Source of the DNA: Patescibacteria group bacterium
GTDB taxonomy: Bacteria; Patescibacteriota; Microgenomatia; UBA1400; PJMF01
Direction: 5' to 3'
DNA: 64,000 nucleotides
Assembly (NCBI GenBank): GCA_045541795.1
Contig: JAZQJV010000009.1
Location: forward strand, 7,460 to 71,459
Part shown: positions 16,426 through 25,926 of the stretch, piece after piece
Layout of the letters: every line of letters starts with the position of its first letter
Position numbering within the stretch: position 1 is the first letter of the stretch
Made by a program: the position numbers and the translations under genes
Notes under the pieces: generated by a model
The model's input: only the letters and a program-made list of their open reading frames with translations
Told to the model about the DNA's origin: nothing
Databases searched by the model: none

Positions 16426-19401
16426 CTAGTCAACCATCCCTCCCGGTCGACCGTGACACTTTTTGAATTTTTTGCCAGAACCGCACGGACAGGGATCATT
16501 ACGTCCCACACCAGCATAAATGTCTGGCGGATTTTTGTCTGTGGGCTGAGCGGGAGACGTCGTCTGTTTTTTGGCCTGCTGAGCACGCAAAGCATCCGCC
16601 AATGACGAGCTAGAATGATCTGAAGGCGGGGCTTTTTCGTTAAAACGCTTGACTAGCGGATCATTTTCCAGATCAATGTCACCTAATTGCTGGAGAGCTT
16701 TTTGGACCTGCGGATCATCACTATTGAGGAGTGAGTGCGCCATTTCTTCTGGTGAAGCGCCACTAGTGATGGCATCCGTCAGCGGTGAGCGTGATGGCGC
16801 TTGGGCACGCGGATTTACCTGGATACGGAAAATCCGTTCAATCACACTCTGCTTGATATTAATCATGAGCTTTTCAAAAAGAGCAAAAGCTTCTTTGCGG
16901 TATTCGGAAAGGACGGTATTTTTATCACCACGCATCCAAATCCCCTGCCGCAAGTCGTCAATGGCGTCTAAATGATCCATCCACAGCTCATCCACCGTAG
17001 ACAATAGTAAATGTTTTTCGATTTCATTGGTGACTTCAACTCCCAAGCCTTGTTGTCGCGCTTCGTAAGTCTTGCGCACAAGCATCTGTAATTCCTTGGT
17101 AATGGTGTCCGGATTTTGCCCCCAGCGGTCAAACTGTTGCCGGATATTTTTTTGCGAAGGCGGATCAAAGGGAATGATCTTAATGATCAGACGCATGAGC
17201 TGATCCTTGGTCTCATCCCAGCTTTCTGCCGAAAAACTGGCTTGCACGCCGCCAGCGATAAACTCATCTAAGTAGCCAAGAATTTCGTCAGTGAGAGTCT
17301 GGCGGGTGACGGTGGCTTCATTGACGCTAGTCTCGCTGCGGTCACGGCTCGAAAGTTCCAGATAGCGGCGGCGTTTTTTATAGATGATCTCACGCTGCTT
17401 ATTCATGACGTCATCAAACTCTACCAAGCGCTGGCGCTGATCAAAAAAATAGCCTTCCACTTTGGTTTGCGCTTGTTCGATGGATTTGCCCACCATAGCG
17501 GCTTCAATCGGTTGGCTTTCGGGGATTTTGAGCATTTCCATGAGTCGGGCGATCTGCTCGCCGCCAAAAATGCGCATGATCTCATCTTCCAGTGCCACGT
17601 AAAAACGTGATGAGCCCGGATCGCCCTGACGACCAGCTCGGCCACGCAACTGATTATCTATCCGACGTGATTCGTGCCGTTCTGTACCCAAGATAGCCAA
17701 GCCGCCCAAATCCTTCACCTCCTGATTGCGTTTTTGCCACTCGCCTAGTGCCGCTTGGAATTTCTCCTCGTCATATTTGCCCTGCGCCTCACGGAAATCT
17801 TTGAGTTCTGGCGTGGCGCCGCCCAGGACGATGTCTACACCACGCCCGGCAATATTGGTGGCTACAGTGATGGCATTTTTTTCGCCGGCTTTGGCGATGA
17901 TAAAAGCTTCTTTTTCGTTATTTTTGGCATTGAGAACTTCATGCGGGATACCTTTTTTGCTCAGCAAGCGAGAAATGATCTGATTGTGGTCAATAGAACG
18001 AGTACCGATCAAAATTGGCCGTCCGGTAGCGTGAATTTCTTCTACTTCCTTGACGAGTGCAGAATACTTGGCGGCGGCAGTCTTATAGACCAGATCCGTC
18101 ATGTCTTGCCGTTGGAGCGGTTTATTGGTGGGAACGATCAGCACATCTAGGTGATAGATTTTTTTGAACTCCTCCGCTTCTGTACCTGCTGTGCCCGTCA
18201 TACCGGCGATTTTGTCGTACAGCCGGAAATAATTTTGCAGGGAAATGGTAGCTAAAGTGCGGGATTCTTGCTGGATTTTGACGCCTTCCTTGGCCTCGAT
18301 AGCTTGATGTAAACCTTCACCATAGCGCCGGCCATACATCAGCCGACCAGTGTGCTCATCCACGATAATCACTTGGCCGTCGCGGACAATGTATTCTTTA
18401 TCCCGGTGATACAGTGCGGCTGCCCGCAAGGCATTTTCGATGTAGTGGATCGTATCAAAATCTTCTTCGTAAAGATTATTAATGCCGAGTTTTTGCTCGA
18501 TCCGCTTGACGCCCAAATCAGTGAGGGTGGCGGTTTTGGCTTTTTCATCAAGTTTATAGTCAGTGTCTTTGACCAGTGTCGTCACCATCTGAGCAAAACG
18601 AGTGTATTTGTCTGTAGGGTCGCTGGCGGGGGCGGAAATAATCAGCGGTGTCCGGGCTTCATCTATCAAAATAGAGTCAGCCTCATCGACGATAGCATAA
18701 AAATGCGGTGTATCCTGACGCTGGACCATCTTGGACAGTTCTGGTACCATATTATCACGCAAGTAGTCAAAACCAAATTCATTATTGGTGCCGTATAAAA
18801 TATCGCAAAGATAGGCTTGTTGACGGGTGATGGGGCGGAAATGTTCCAGCCGTTCATCGCCGCGATCGGCATTTTGGATGTCTGGATCATACATTTTGGC
18901 CTCGTCATGAATGATGACCGCTGTCTTGAGTCCTAAGAAGTGGTAAATCTGCCCCATCCAGCCAGCGCCGACCTCGGCCAGGTAATCATTGACAGTGACC
19001 AAGTGTGCACCTTTGCCCAGCAAAGCATTAAGATAAAGTGGTGCCGTAACCGTGAGCGTTTTGCCTTCACCAGTTTTTTGTTCGGTGATCATGCCGTGAT
19101 GCAGACCGATGCCGGCCAAAAGTTGGACGTCAAAATGCCGCATCCCCAAAACTCGGCGTGAAACTTCCCGCACAGTCGCGAAAGCTTCCGGTAAAATTTC
19201 TTCTAAGGTCTGCGCGTCAGCAATACCGGATTGGCGGTTTTTGGTAATGATAGCTTTGAACTTATTGGTCTGGGCGGCTAACTTCTCGTCACTCAAACTT
19301 TGTATCGCCGGCTCTAAAGCGTTGATCTGTTCTACGATCGCTTGATACTTTTTGAGCGTGCGCGCGTTCTCATCAAAAAATTTACTGATAAACTTCCACA
19401 T
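16426..19401 (-). CDS. secA: Preprotein translocase ATPase SecA
   Basis: 991 aa. DEAD-like motor domains plus a C-terminal zinc finger CPCGSGKKFKKCHG. Confidence 0.95.
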   Translation of the reverse strand: MWKFISKFFDENARTLKKYQAIVEQINALEPAIQSLSDEKLAAQTNKFKAIITKNRQSGIADAQTLEEILPEAFATVREVSRRVLGMRHFDVQLLAGIGLHHGMITEQKTGEGKTLTVTAPLYLNALLGKGAHLVTVNDYLAEVGAGWMGQIYHFLGLKTAVIIHDEAKMYDPDIQNADRGDERLEHFRPITRQQAYLCDILYGTNNEFGFDYLRDNMVPELSKMVQRQDTPHFYAIVDEADSILIDEARTPLIISAPASDPTDKYTRFAQMVTTLVKDTDYKLDEKAKTATLTDLGVKRIEQKLGINNLYEEDFDTIHYIENALRAAALYHRDKEYIVRDGQVIIVDEHTGRLMYGRRYGEGLHQAIEAKEGVKIQQESRTLATISLQNYFRLYDKIAGMTGTAGTEAEEFKKIYHLDVLIVPTNKPLQRQDMTDLVYKTAAAKYSALVKEVEEIHATGRPILIGTRSIDHNQIISRLLSKKGIPHEVLNAKNNEKEAFIIAKAGEKNAITVATNIAGRGVDIVLGGATPELKDFREAQGKYDEEKFQAALGEWQKRNQEVKDLGGLAILGTERHESRRIDNQLRGRAGRQGDPGSSRFYVALEDEIMRIFGGEQIARLMEMLKIPESQPIEAAMVGKSIEQAQTKVEGYFFDQRQRLVEFDDVMNKQREIIYKKRRRYLELSSRDRSETSVNEATVTRQTLTDEILGYLDEFIAGGVQASFSAESWDETKDQLMRLIIKIIPFDPPSQKNIRQQFDRWGQNPDTITKELQMLVRKTYEARQQGLGVEVTNEIEKHLLLSTVDELWMDHLDAIDDLRQGIWMRGDKNTVLSEYRKEAFALFEKLMINIKQSVIERIFRIQVNPRAQAPSRSPLTDAITSGASPEEMAHSLLNSDDPQVQKALQQLGDIDLENDPLVKRFNEKAPPSDHSSSSLADALRAQQAKKQTTSPAQPTDKNPPDIYAGVGRNDPCPCGSGKKFKKCHGRPGGMVD

Positions 19402-19414
19402 ACTTATGTCCCAC

Positions 19415-19497
19415 TTTGTAAACAGTTTGTACTTTGTTTGTTCACTTTTTCCAGATGTGCGTGTTTAACATTTGTTGAACATTTGTTAAACATTTTT
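19415..19497. promoter_or_regulatory. Promoter-upstream repeat module, copy B, upstream of secA
   Basis: Same ~85-bp module as 2645..2733. Confidence 0.7.
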
Positions 19498-19535
19498 TCA
19501 AACCAACGGCACAAAATGTTTACTTGTCACCTAAT

Positions 19536-20444
19536 TTATTTTTTGCTTTTTGCTTTTGCGGCTTGCTCCTTTTGGTACTGAGTAAAGTAATCATTGACCG
19601 CGCCGGCATACTTTTCACGTTTGAGGACATAATTGAGATGGGCGATGAAATAGTTTTCCGGGTCGCCAGTGGTCATCCAGTGGCCGCGAGTCTTTTCTAC
19701 AAAAACGGGATCGGTCTGGGCGATTTTGGTAATGGCATCCACTGTCCACAGTTCATCATCAAGGCCGGTATTTTTGGCGGTGAGATGATCAAAGACAGCG
19801 GGCGTGAGTAAGTAGCGGCCGTAGGACGCTAAACATGATGGCGCTTGGCCGATTTTGGGTTTTTCGACAATGTTACCCAACAGGCGTTTCTTTTCGTCAC
19901 GGAAAGAAATAATACCGTATTTATCCACTTTTTCTGGTGCGACTTCTTGCGCCATGATGATCGCTTTGGCATCTGGATGTTTGGCGTAGGAATCAATCAA
20001 TGCCTTAGCGTCAGAGCTGCCAAAAATAACGTCATCACTGTAAAGCACCAAGAAAGCGTCTTCTTTGGTAAGGAATTTGCGGGCACTGGCGATCGGCGAA
20101 CCATTGCCATAGGGAAGTGACGGATCCTGAGTGATCACGGTGATTTTGGGGAAATCGAGTACTTTTTGTACTGGTTCATAACGATCTTGTTTGCCTTGTG
20201 AGGCGAGCTGTTTGCGGATGCGGTTGACGGAATTATTGAAATAATCCTCATAAATCGGCTTGCCTTCGTCAGTGGCGACGATGACGATTTCTTCGATCCC
20301 GGCGGCAACGCACTCCTCGACTACCAACTGCATGATAGGACGATTGCCCAAAGGAAGCATGGCTTTGGGGATGGTCTTGGTGATGGGTAAGTAGCGACTG
20401 GCAAAACCGGCATCGGTGATGACTGCTTTTCTGACTTGACTCAT
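19536..20444 (-). CDS. galU: UTP--glucose-1-phosphate uridylyltransferase
   Basis: N-terminus KAVITDAGFASRYLPITKTIPKAMLPLGNRPIMQ is the GalU signature. Confidence 0.9.
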   Translation of the reverse strand: MSQVRKAVITDAGFASRYLPITKTIPKAMLPLGNRPIMQLVVEECVAAGIEEIVIVATDEGKPIYEDYFNNSVNRIRKQLASQGKQDRYEPVQKVLDFPKITVITQDPSLPYGNGSPIASARKFLTKEDAFLVLYSDDVIFGSSDAKALIDSYAKHPDAKAIIMAQEVAPEKVDKYGIISFRDEKKRLLGNIVEKPKIGQAPSCLASYGRYLLTPAVFDHLTAKNTGLDDELWTVDAITKIAQTDPVFVEKTRGHWMTTGDPENYFIAHLNYVLKREKYAGAVNDYFTQYQKEQAAKAKSKK

Positions 20445-20462
20445 TTTTACCTTTCTGACTTT

Positions 20463-20927
20463 TCATCTGCGCCCGAGGGGCGAAACTTTCATTTTCTCTT
20501 GTAAACTAAAGGTGGTGGAGGTATTCCAGGGGTTGGAACTGGGTGCGGTACCGGCACGAGCGCCATAATTACTCGAGGCGCCCACATTAGAGCCCATAAG
20601 AGATGGGGAGACTGTCTGTGAGCCGCCATTCATGAGTTTTTTGGGGTCAATGCCGTAAAGTTCTCCGGCTTTGGTGGCAATTTGCTGCTGCATCCGGCGC
20701 TGGGCAATGGGGTTGTTTTCGTAAAGTTCACTGTTGGTTTTGGCCATAAGATGGCGCAGCTGCATTTTTTCCCGTGAGGTGGCCGAAGCCGAACCAAAAC
20801 CGCCAGACAAATCACCGCGAGCGCCAAGATTATGATTGTTGACGATCAACGAATCATGACGGGCAGCACCAGTATTCACCCGGAGCCCCGGTAACGTCGC
20901 TTTGGTGGTGACGTTTCTAGGCAACAT
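20463..20927 (-). CDS. Hypothetical protein
   Basis: 154-aa ORF between galU and gltX. No recognisable domain. It overlaps the gltX stop by 10 nt. Confidence 0.35.
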   Translation of the reverse strand: MLPRNVTTKATLPGLRVNTGAARHDSLIVNNHNLGARGDLSGGFGSASATSREKMQLRHLMAKTNSELYENNPIAQRRMQQQIATKAGELYGIDPKKLMNGGSQTVSPSLMGSNVGASSNYGARAGTAPSSNPWNTSTTFSLQEKMKVSPLGRR

Positions 20928-22377
20928 CCGGCTCCTTTATGATCTGAGCGGCACGCTGCAAACGGCGCAAGACTTCCTCCTTACCGATGACGTGCATGGT
21001 CTCAAAAAGTGGCGGAGTAGCGGTCTTACCAGTGACAGCGACACGCAGCATCATGAAATACTGACTCTTTTTGTAAGATTTGTTTTCGCAAAGAGTGCGA
21101 ATGGTTTCCTCGATCTTGCCCAAATCCCAGGGGATGGTCTCAAGGAAAGAGTGAGTAATCGCCAATTGCGTGGAGACGAGATCAGAGTCGGCTTTTTTGA
21201 GGAGTTTATCGGCCGGCGGAGTGACGTCTTTCCAGAAAAAGTCCGTGAGATCCGCAAAATCTGAAAGCTTTACTAAGCGCTCGTAAATCAGCGGCAACAC
21301 GGCATCCATGATTTGCATCGGGAAGTCGGCGGCGACAAAGCCTCCCGCCATTAGACGGCGAGCAAGTTCGGGTAAACCTTTTTGCTCTACCAGTTGGCGG
21401 ATATAATAGCCGTTGTACCAGTTGAGCTTATCGAGGTCAAAAATGGGGCCGGTTTTTTGTACCCGATCGAGGGAAACCACGTGAGTGAATTCTTCCAGGT
21501 CAAAAATCTCTTTGCCTTCTGGATGAGACCAACCGAGCAAGGCGATGAAATTAATGACTGCCTCTGGTAGATAGCCCTTGTCACGGTAAGAAAGGATGGA
21601 GACGTCATTTTTGCGCTTGGAGATTTTGGATTTGTCAGCATTGCGGATAAGCGGCATATGAGCAAATCGCGGTGGCTGCCAGCCAAAAGCCTCGTAAAGA
21701 AGCAGGTGCTTGGGCGTGGAAGAAATCCACTCTTCACCACGCAAGACATCGGTAATTTCCATGAGGTGATCATCAATGACTACGGCCAGATGGTAAGTGG
21801 GGAAGCCGTCAGCTTTCATCAAGATCTGATCGTCGATGAGATCACTCTGGAATTCCACATGGCCGCGGATCTGGTCTTCCCAGGAAATAGTGCGTCCCTT
21901 GGGGACTTTGAGCCGGATGACGTGGGGCTGGCCTTCGTCGAGACGTTTTTGGACTTCAGCCGGGTCGGCATCACGCCAGCGGCCATCGTAACGTGGCAGC
22001 TCGCCCCTGGCGATCTGATCTTTGCGCATCTGCTCGAGTTCTTCCTTGGTAGCAAAACAGTAGTAAGCCCAGCCGTTATCGAGGAGTTCCTGGGCATAGC
22101 GGTGGTAAATATCGAGGCGATCGCTCTGGTGATACGGGGCAAAAGGACCGCCTTTGGCACCGCCTTCGTCATAAGTGATACCGAGCCACTTGAGGCCTTC
22201 ATAAATCAAGGCTTCAGCTTCGGGCACAAAACGAGCGCGATCAGTATCCTCAATCCGGATAAGGAACTCACCACCGGATTGGTGAGCAATGCCGAGATTA
22301 AAAATTGCTTGCCAGGCAGTACCGATATGAGCAATGCCCGTTGGCGATGGAGCAATGCGCGTCCGTTTTTTCGTCAT
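20917..22377 (-). CDS. gltX: Glutamate--tRNA ligase
   Basis: RIAPSPTGIAHIGTAW (HIGH region) and KISKRKN (KMSKS). Leaderless TATAAT promoter 7 nt upstream. Confidence 0.9.
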   Translation of the reverse strand: MTKKRTRIAPSPTGIAHIGTAWQAIFNLGIAHQSGGEFLIRIEDTDRARFVPEAEALIYEGLKWLGITYDEGGAKGGPFAPYHQSDRLDIYHRYAQELLDNGWAYYCFATKEELEQMRKDQIARGELPRYDGRWRDADPAEVQKRLDEGQPHVIRLKVPKGRTISWEDQIRGHVEFQSDLIDDQILMKADGFPTYHLAVVIDDHLMEITDVLRGEEWISSTPKHLLLYEAFGWQPPRFAHMPLIRNADKSKISKRKNDVSILSYRDKGYLPEAVINFIALLGWSHPEGKEIFDLEEFTHVVSLDRVQKTGPIFDLDKLNWYNGYYIRQLVEQKGLPELARRLMAGGFVAADFPMQIMDAVLPLIYERLVKLSDFADLTDFFWKDVTPPADKLLKKADSDLVSTQLAITHSFLETIPWDLGKIEETIRTLCENKSYKKSQYFMMLRVAVTGKTATPPLFETMHVIGKEEVLRRLQRAAQIIKEPDVA

Positions 22378-22432
22378 AGTGCCTATTATACCTCAAACTT
22401 GAGCATTTTGGAGGGCAATTTTGGTGAGGGCA

Positions 22433-22456
22433 AAATTGCCTCTTGACAAAAGGCCT
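22433..22456 (+). promoter_or_regulatory. aaattgcctcTTGACAaaaggcct promoter-like element (degenerate -10). This is copy 1 of a 24-bp direct repeat shared with 24063..24086. If active, it is antisense to glycine-rich gene 1.
   Basis: Identical 24-mer at both sites. It is preceded by the palindrome GGCAATTTTggtgagggCAAAATTGCC. Confidence 0.4.
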
Positions 22457-22486
22457 AAGTTATAGACAATCTTTCCTCAATACTTT

Positions 22487-22516
22487 GCGCCCCCCCGTCT
22501 GTAGAGGGGGGGGCGC
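22487..22516 (-). terminator. GC-rich hairpin (GCGCCCCCCC..GGGGGGGGCGC) at the end of the conserved 3' UTR of glycine-rich gene 1
   Basis: Hairpin read directly. The T-tract is weak. A homologous hairpin plus the conserved 40-nt 3' UTR occurs at 39910..39975. Confidence 0.5.
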
Positions 22517-22566
22517 AGTACATCTAAAAAGTAGAAAGAGTAATAAGTGTCAATTCGTTATTCCCC

Positions 22567-22618
22567 TCCCCTCTGGCTGCACCTGCGGTGCGCCTGTCTC
22601 CCCTCAAAAGGGGAGAAG
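22567..22618. repeat. ~52-bp GC-rich direct repeat B, copy 1 (tcccctctggctgcRccYgcggYgcgcctgtctcccctca..ggggagaag). It lies just 3' of glycine-rich gene 1.
   Basis: Second copy at 23666..23718, inside the 5' coding region of the same gene. Confidence 0.8.
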
Positions 22619-22624
22619 TTCTTA

Positions 22625-23779
22625 CTAGTTGAGGCGGGTAATCCTGGCATAACCATTTCCCGTTTTGCTGCAATCTGCGGTTGCTGTCGCATTTACACAA
22701 GTATTTGACTGGGTGCGGGTGGCGTCAGCGGTGGAAGTAGTGCAGCTGTAGCACGTCATGTGTTTGGTGACGCTGCCTGTAGAAATTAAGTTGGATGAGC
22801 CAATGTAGCCGGAGCCGCCGCTACCTGAGCCATAATAATTGCCTGCGCGCTGACAACTTGAATAATCGCGATCATTGCCATTGCAACCGCCATACCAACC
22901 GCCACCACCACTACCATTGGAGTTAGCATTTTCGCCTTGTCCAAATAAATATCCAGCTGTTTGAGTGCCAGCTCGGTCGTCATGCTCAGACATAGAAGAA
23001 TCACTACCAAAACTGGAAGTTAAGCGCCCGCCGATATATCCACCACCACTTCCCCCTATACCACAGCGACCAGCGCCCCAACGATTGGCTTGGTCGCGAC
23101 CGCCGCCACCGCCTCCGGCGATGATGAGAATGTTTCCATTGGTTGCATGTGCAGAAAGACTGGATAACAACCCTGAAACTTTTGCCATATGAGTGGCACC
23201 GCCGCCAGAACCATAAACATGATTAGTTCCTGCAGGAGTGATATTGCCCCCACCGTTATAGCCACCAGCTAAAGCAGTTTGACTTACATTTGTGCCTAAA
23301 CCTTGCCCACCTACGTAGATGTACAATGTCTGTCTTTCAAATGAATTGTAAACTCCAGTGGCATAACCGCCATATCCGCCGCGATAGCCAGTGGGCCCGC
23401 CGCCGGCTGCTCCCCATACCTCCAATTTATACTGACAAAATGAATAAGCGGTAAAGGTTTGTTGGCCGCCGGTGTAAGAAAATGATTTACTGGCGCCTGT
23501 TGTCGTCAATACGGGATCTTGACAGCCAGCTTGCTCACTCATCATGAGACTGTTTCCAGTGATTTTCACAAATTTACTGCTGCCTACCCGGACAGCTTGG
23601 CCAATGGGAATATCCTTGATTTTTTTGGTAGTGAGGGTAGCAGTAGCGTAAGCCTGGCAAGCTCTCTCCCCTCTGGCTGCGCCCGCGGCGCGCCTGTCTC
23701 CCCTCAGGGAGGGGAGAAGAATAGTGACTCCGCACCCCAAAACTGCCGCCAAAAAGACCCGCCCCAAAATGTGCGTCAT
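22625..23779 (-). CDS. Glycine-rich secreted protein, paralog 1 (PF12810-like Gly_rich domain)
   Basis: 384 aa. N-terminus MTHILGRVFLA has a signal-like sequence. Core FTAYSFCQYKLEVWGAAGGG..GGYGGYATGV..LYIYVGGQG with poly-Gly runs. C-terminus ends ...GNGYARITRLN. It is a paralog of 39974..41206. Confidence 0.75.
   Translation of the reverse strand: MTHILGRVFLAAVLGCGVTILLPSLRGDRRAAGAARGERACQAYATATLTTKKIKDIPIGQAVRVGSSKFVKITGNSLMMSEQAGCQDPVLTTTGASKSFSYTGGQQTFTAYSFCQYKLEVWGAAGGGPTGYRGGYGGYATGVYNSFERQTLYIYVGGQGLGTNVSQTALAGGYNGGGNITPAGTNHVYGSGGGATHMAKVSGLLSSLSAHATNGNILIIAGGGGGGRDQANRWGAGRCGIGGSGGGYIGGRLTSSFGSDSSMSEHDDRAGTQTAGYLFGQGENANSNGSGGGGWYGGCNGNDRDYSSCQRAGNYYGSGSGGSGYIGSSNLISTGSVTKHMTCYSCTTSTADATRTQSNTCVNATATADCSKTGNGYARITRLN
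23666..23718. repeat. Direct repeat B, copy 2 (inside the codons for LLPSLRGDRRAAGAARGE of glycine-rich gene 1)
   Basis: About 90% identical to 22567..22618. Confidence 0.8.
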
Positions 23780-24062
23780 ATCCGCCTTTCTGCATTCTGT
23801 TTATCGGTTGGCCTCTCCACGCTTTTACAGGCGTGGAGAAGCTATCCGTCGTTTCGTGATCTTGACCGAGAACGCAAAACTCTTCGCAGGATAAACCTCT
23901 CCATAATTAGTTTTGCGTCTTTTTGCTCCGTCTCACTATCATAACGCAAGTCGGCGATCGGTCAAGATCAAGCTAATTATACCACAACGCGCTAAAAATG
24001 CAAGATCCTATCGCAGACTCAACGTGTGGACGTTTTACTGTATGCCGCCTGGATGCGAAAAT

Positions 24063-24101
24063 AAATTGCCTCTTGACAAAAGGCCTATAATGTGATATAA
24101 T
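24063..24101 (+). promoter_or_regulatory. Strong promoter, aaattgcctcTTGACA-17-TATAAT (copy 2 of the 24-bp repeat), driving gene 24304..25500 through a ~200-nt leader
   Basis: Canonical -35, 17-bp spacer and -10 read directly. Confidence 0.7.
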
Positions 24102-24303
24102 AAGTAATATTGTGGTAGGTTTTGAGCCTGTGATCATACATGAGATCGCGGCCAGAACCACCCGATCTTTAAAATAAAGTGATCTAATCAAGGCTTGGAC
24201 TTATCCCGGACGCTATGCTTCGCGCTGGCAATCGCAAATAGTAACAAAGTATTAACCGCCAACACTGGCGCATTTTCATAAAAAAATTAAGGAGGAAAAG
24301 AAA

Positions 24304-25500
24304 ATGAGAAAGATGTTTAAAATTTGCGCCAGCGTAATGTTGGCGTTAGCGTTTATGGGCGTGGTCGAATCTGTATTTGAGGATTTCACACCTCAGGCAG
24401 AAGCGGCTGCAAAAAAGAAGACAGCAAAGAAAAGCAGCAAGAAAGCTGCCAAAAAGTCTTCGAAATCTTCAGGGAAACCGGCGACCGCGACGCGCGCGGC
24501 CAGTGTCATTAGTCTGGAAACAGCTGGTGACTTGGAGAAAGCAGCGAAAAAAGGTACTGTACAATTCTTTGAGCAGTACGGCTGCTACAAGGCGATCCTT
24601 GGTGAAGCCATTACCGTCAGCGAGAGTGCGACTGTAATTATCACCGAGGCTACGAAAGCGTTTAAGGCCGGCACGACCGTGAAGACTGGCACAAAACTGA
24701 TGAAAGGCACTGCCATTAAAGTGTTTTTCAAAAAAGTAGTCCAGAAAACGGAAAGTGCCAAGGAAGCCGCTGTCAAGACAGAAACAGTGGAAACAAAGCC
24801 GGAAACAGCTGTGAGACCTGTAATCGTTACCAATACACCCTACTTGCTGGAATTCTCTACTCTTGCCGAGTATAAGGGCAAAGTGGTTGATGGCAGCGAG
24901 ATCCAGGACGAGGACGACTTGTCCCTAATCGCAAAGGAATGTTTCCGGGATTCAACCTCGAATGTCCGGTTTATGCTGCGCGCTGAACGGGACTTCAAGG
25001 TGGACGAAGAGAACTATTTCGTCACGATTTATTTAGGAAACGGCAAGGTGCGCGATATGCGTGCCGGCATGATCGTCAAAAAGGGTGCTATGGTGACACT
25101 TACATTTCGTCACATGGCAGCTGTGACCAGATTTGCTGCCCCCGTGGCAGACACAACACCAGAACAAGTCGAATTACAGCCTGTCGTCGCTTCAGTCCCG
25201 GAGAGTGTTCCGGAGACAGTTAATGAGCCGGCAGAAGCTGTAGAACAGCCTGGTCATGTGGCAACACTCGACCAGATAGAAGATTACGGTGAAGTATTAC
25301 AGACCACGCCTGCTTTCAGCGCGCTGCGCCTGGTGACGGAAGACTTTAGCGTCGATCCGGAGCTGACGGTGCACATCCGTGCCCGTGACGGACATTGGAT
25401 CGATGTAGAGCCGGACGAAAACGGCAAAGTCACCATCAAGGCTGGGACACAGAGCGTTTACATTTTCAAAAACGTACGCAAAGTCGCCAGCAAACCGTAA
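24304..25500 (+). CDS. Secreted hypothetical protein (signal peptide, Lys-rich N-terminal region)
   Basis: 398 aa. RBS AAGGAGG precedes the ATG. MRKMFKICASVMLALAFMGVV is a signal peptide. AAKKKTAKKSSKKAAKKSSK. Confidence 0.6.
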   Translation: MRKMFKICASVMLALAFMGVVESVFEDFTPQAEAAAKKKTAKKSSKKAAKKSSKSSGKPATATRAASVISLETAGDLEKAAKKGTVQFFEQYGCYKAILGEAITVSESATVIITEATKAFKAGTTVKTGTKLMKGTAIKVFFKKVVQKTESAKEAAVKTETVETKPETAVRPVIVTNTPYLLEFSTLAEYKGKVVDGSEIQDEDDLSLIAKECFRDSTSNVRFMLRAERDFKVDEENYFVTIYLGNGKVRDMRAGMIVKKGAMVTLTFRHMAAVTRFAAPVADTTPEQVELQPVVASVPESVPETVNEPAEAVEQPGHVATLDQIEDYGEVLQTTPAFSALRLVTEDFSVDPELTVHIRARDGHWIDVEPDENGKVTIKAGTQSVYIFKNVRKVASKP

Positions 25501-25821
25501 TTTTCACTAAAACCGGCTTGATCTGAGACAGCAAATCCTGCTAACTGCTAGGCATTCAGGAAGAGGCTGTCGTGGCTGCGGATCCGCACTTTTGCGGCCA
25601 GTCACCGTGGATAGACCACGTAAAAAAAGATAAATATAGAGGTCAGCCGCGGATCAACACTAGAGCTGGTATGACCACAAGCGCTTAGATTAGTAAAATT
25701 AGATGTGAGCGGTGAGCACGTTTCTCACCTGATCTGACGCACGCTGCGTGTGTTAAATGATTGGGGATGAAATCGCACGTTCCCCGCGTCTGATCAAACT
25801 CACTTTATTTTAATGAATAAG

Positions 25822-25848
25822 ACCCCGCTTCAAGCGGGGTCTTTTGCG
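25822..25848 (+). terminator. Intrinsic terminator GACCCCGCttcaaGCGGGGTC plus TTTTG
   Basis: Hairpin plus T-tract. Confidence 0.6.
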
Positions 25849-25873
25849 GGAAAAATGTATACACTACAGCAAA

Positions 25874-25900
25874 ACCCGCCCCTGGAAGGGGCGGTTTCAT
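25874..25900 (-). terminator. Intrinsic terminator for the DsbA-like gene (CCGCCCCtggaaGGGGCGG plus T-run on the minus strand)
   Basis: Hairpin plus TTTTGCTG on the minus strand. It is convergent with the previous terminator. Confidence 0.65.
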
Positions 25901-25926
25901 CACTAAGTTTGATGCAAACTGTGAGC

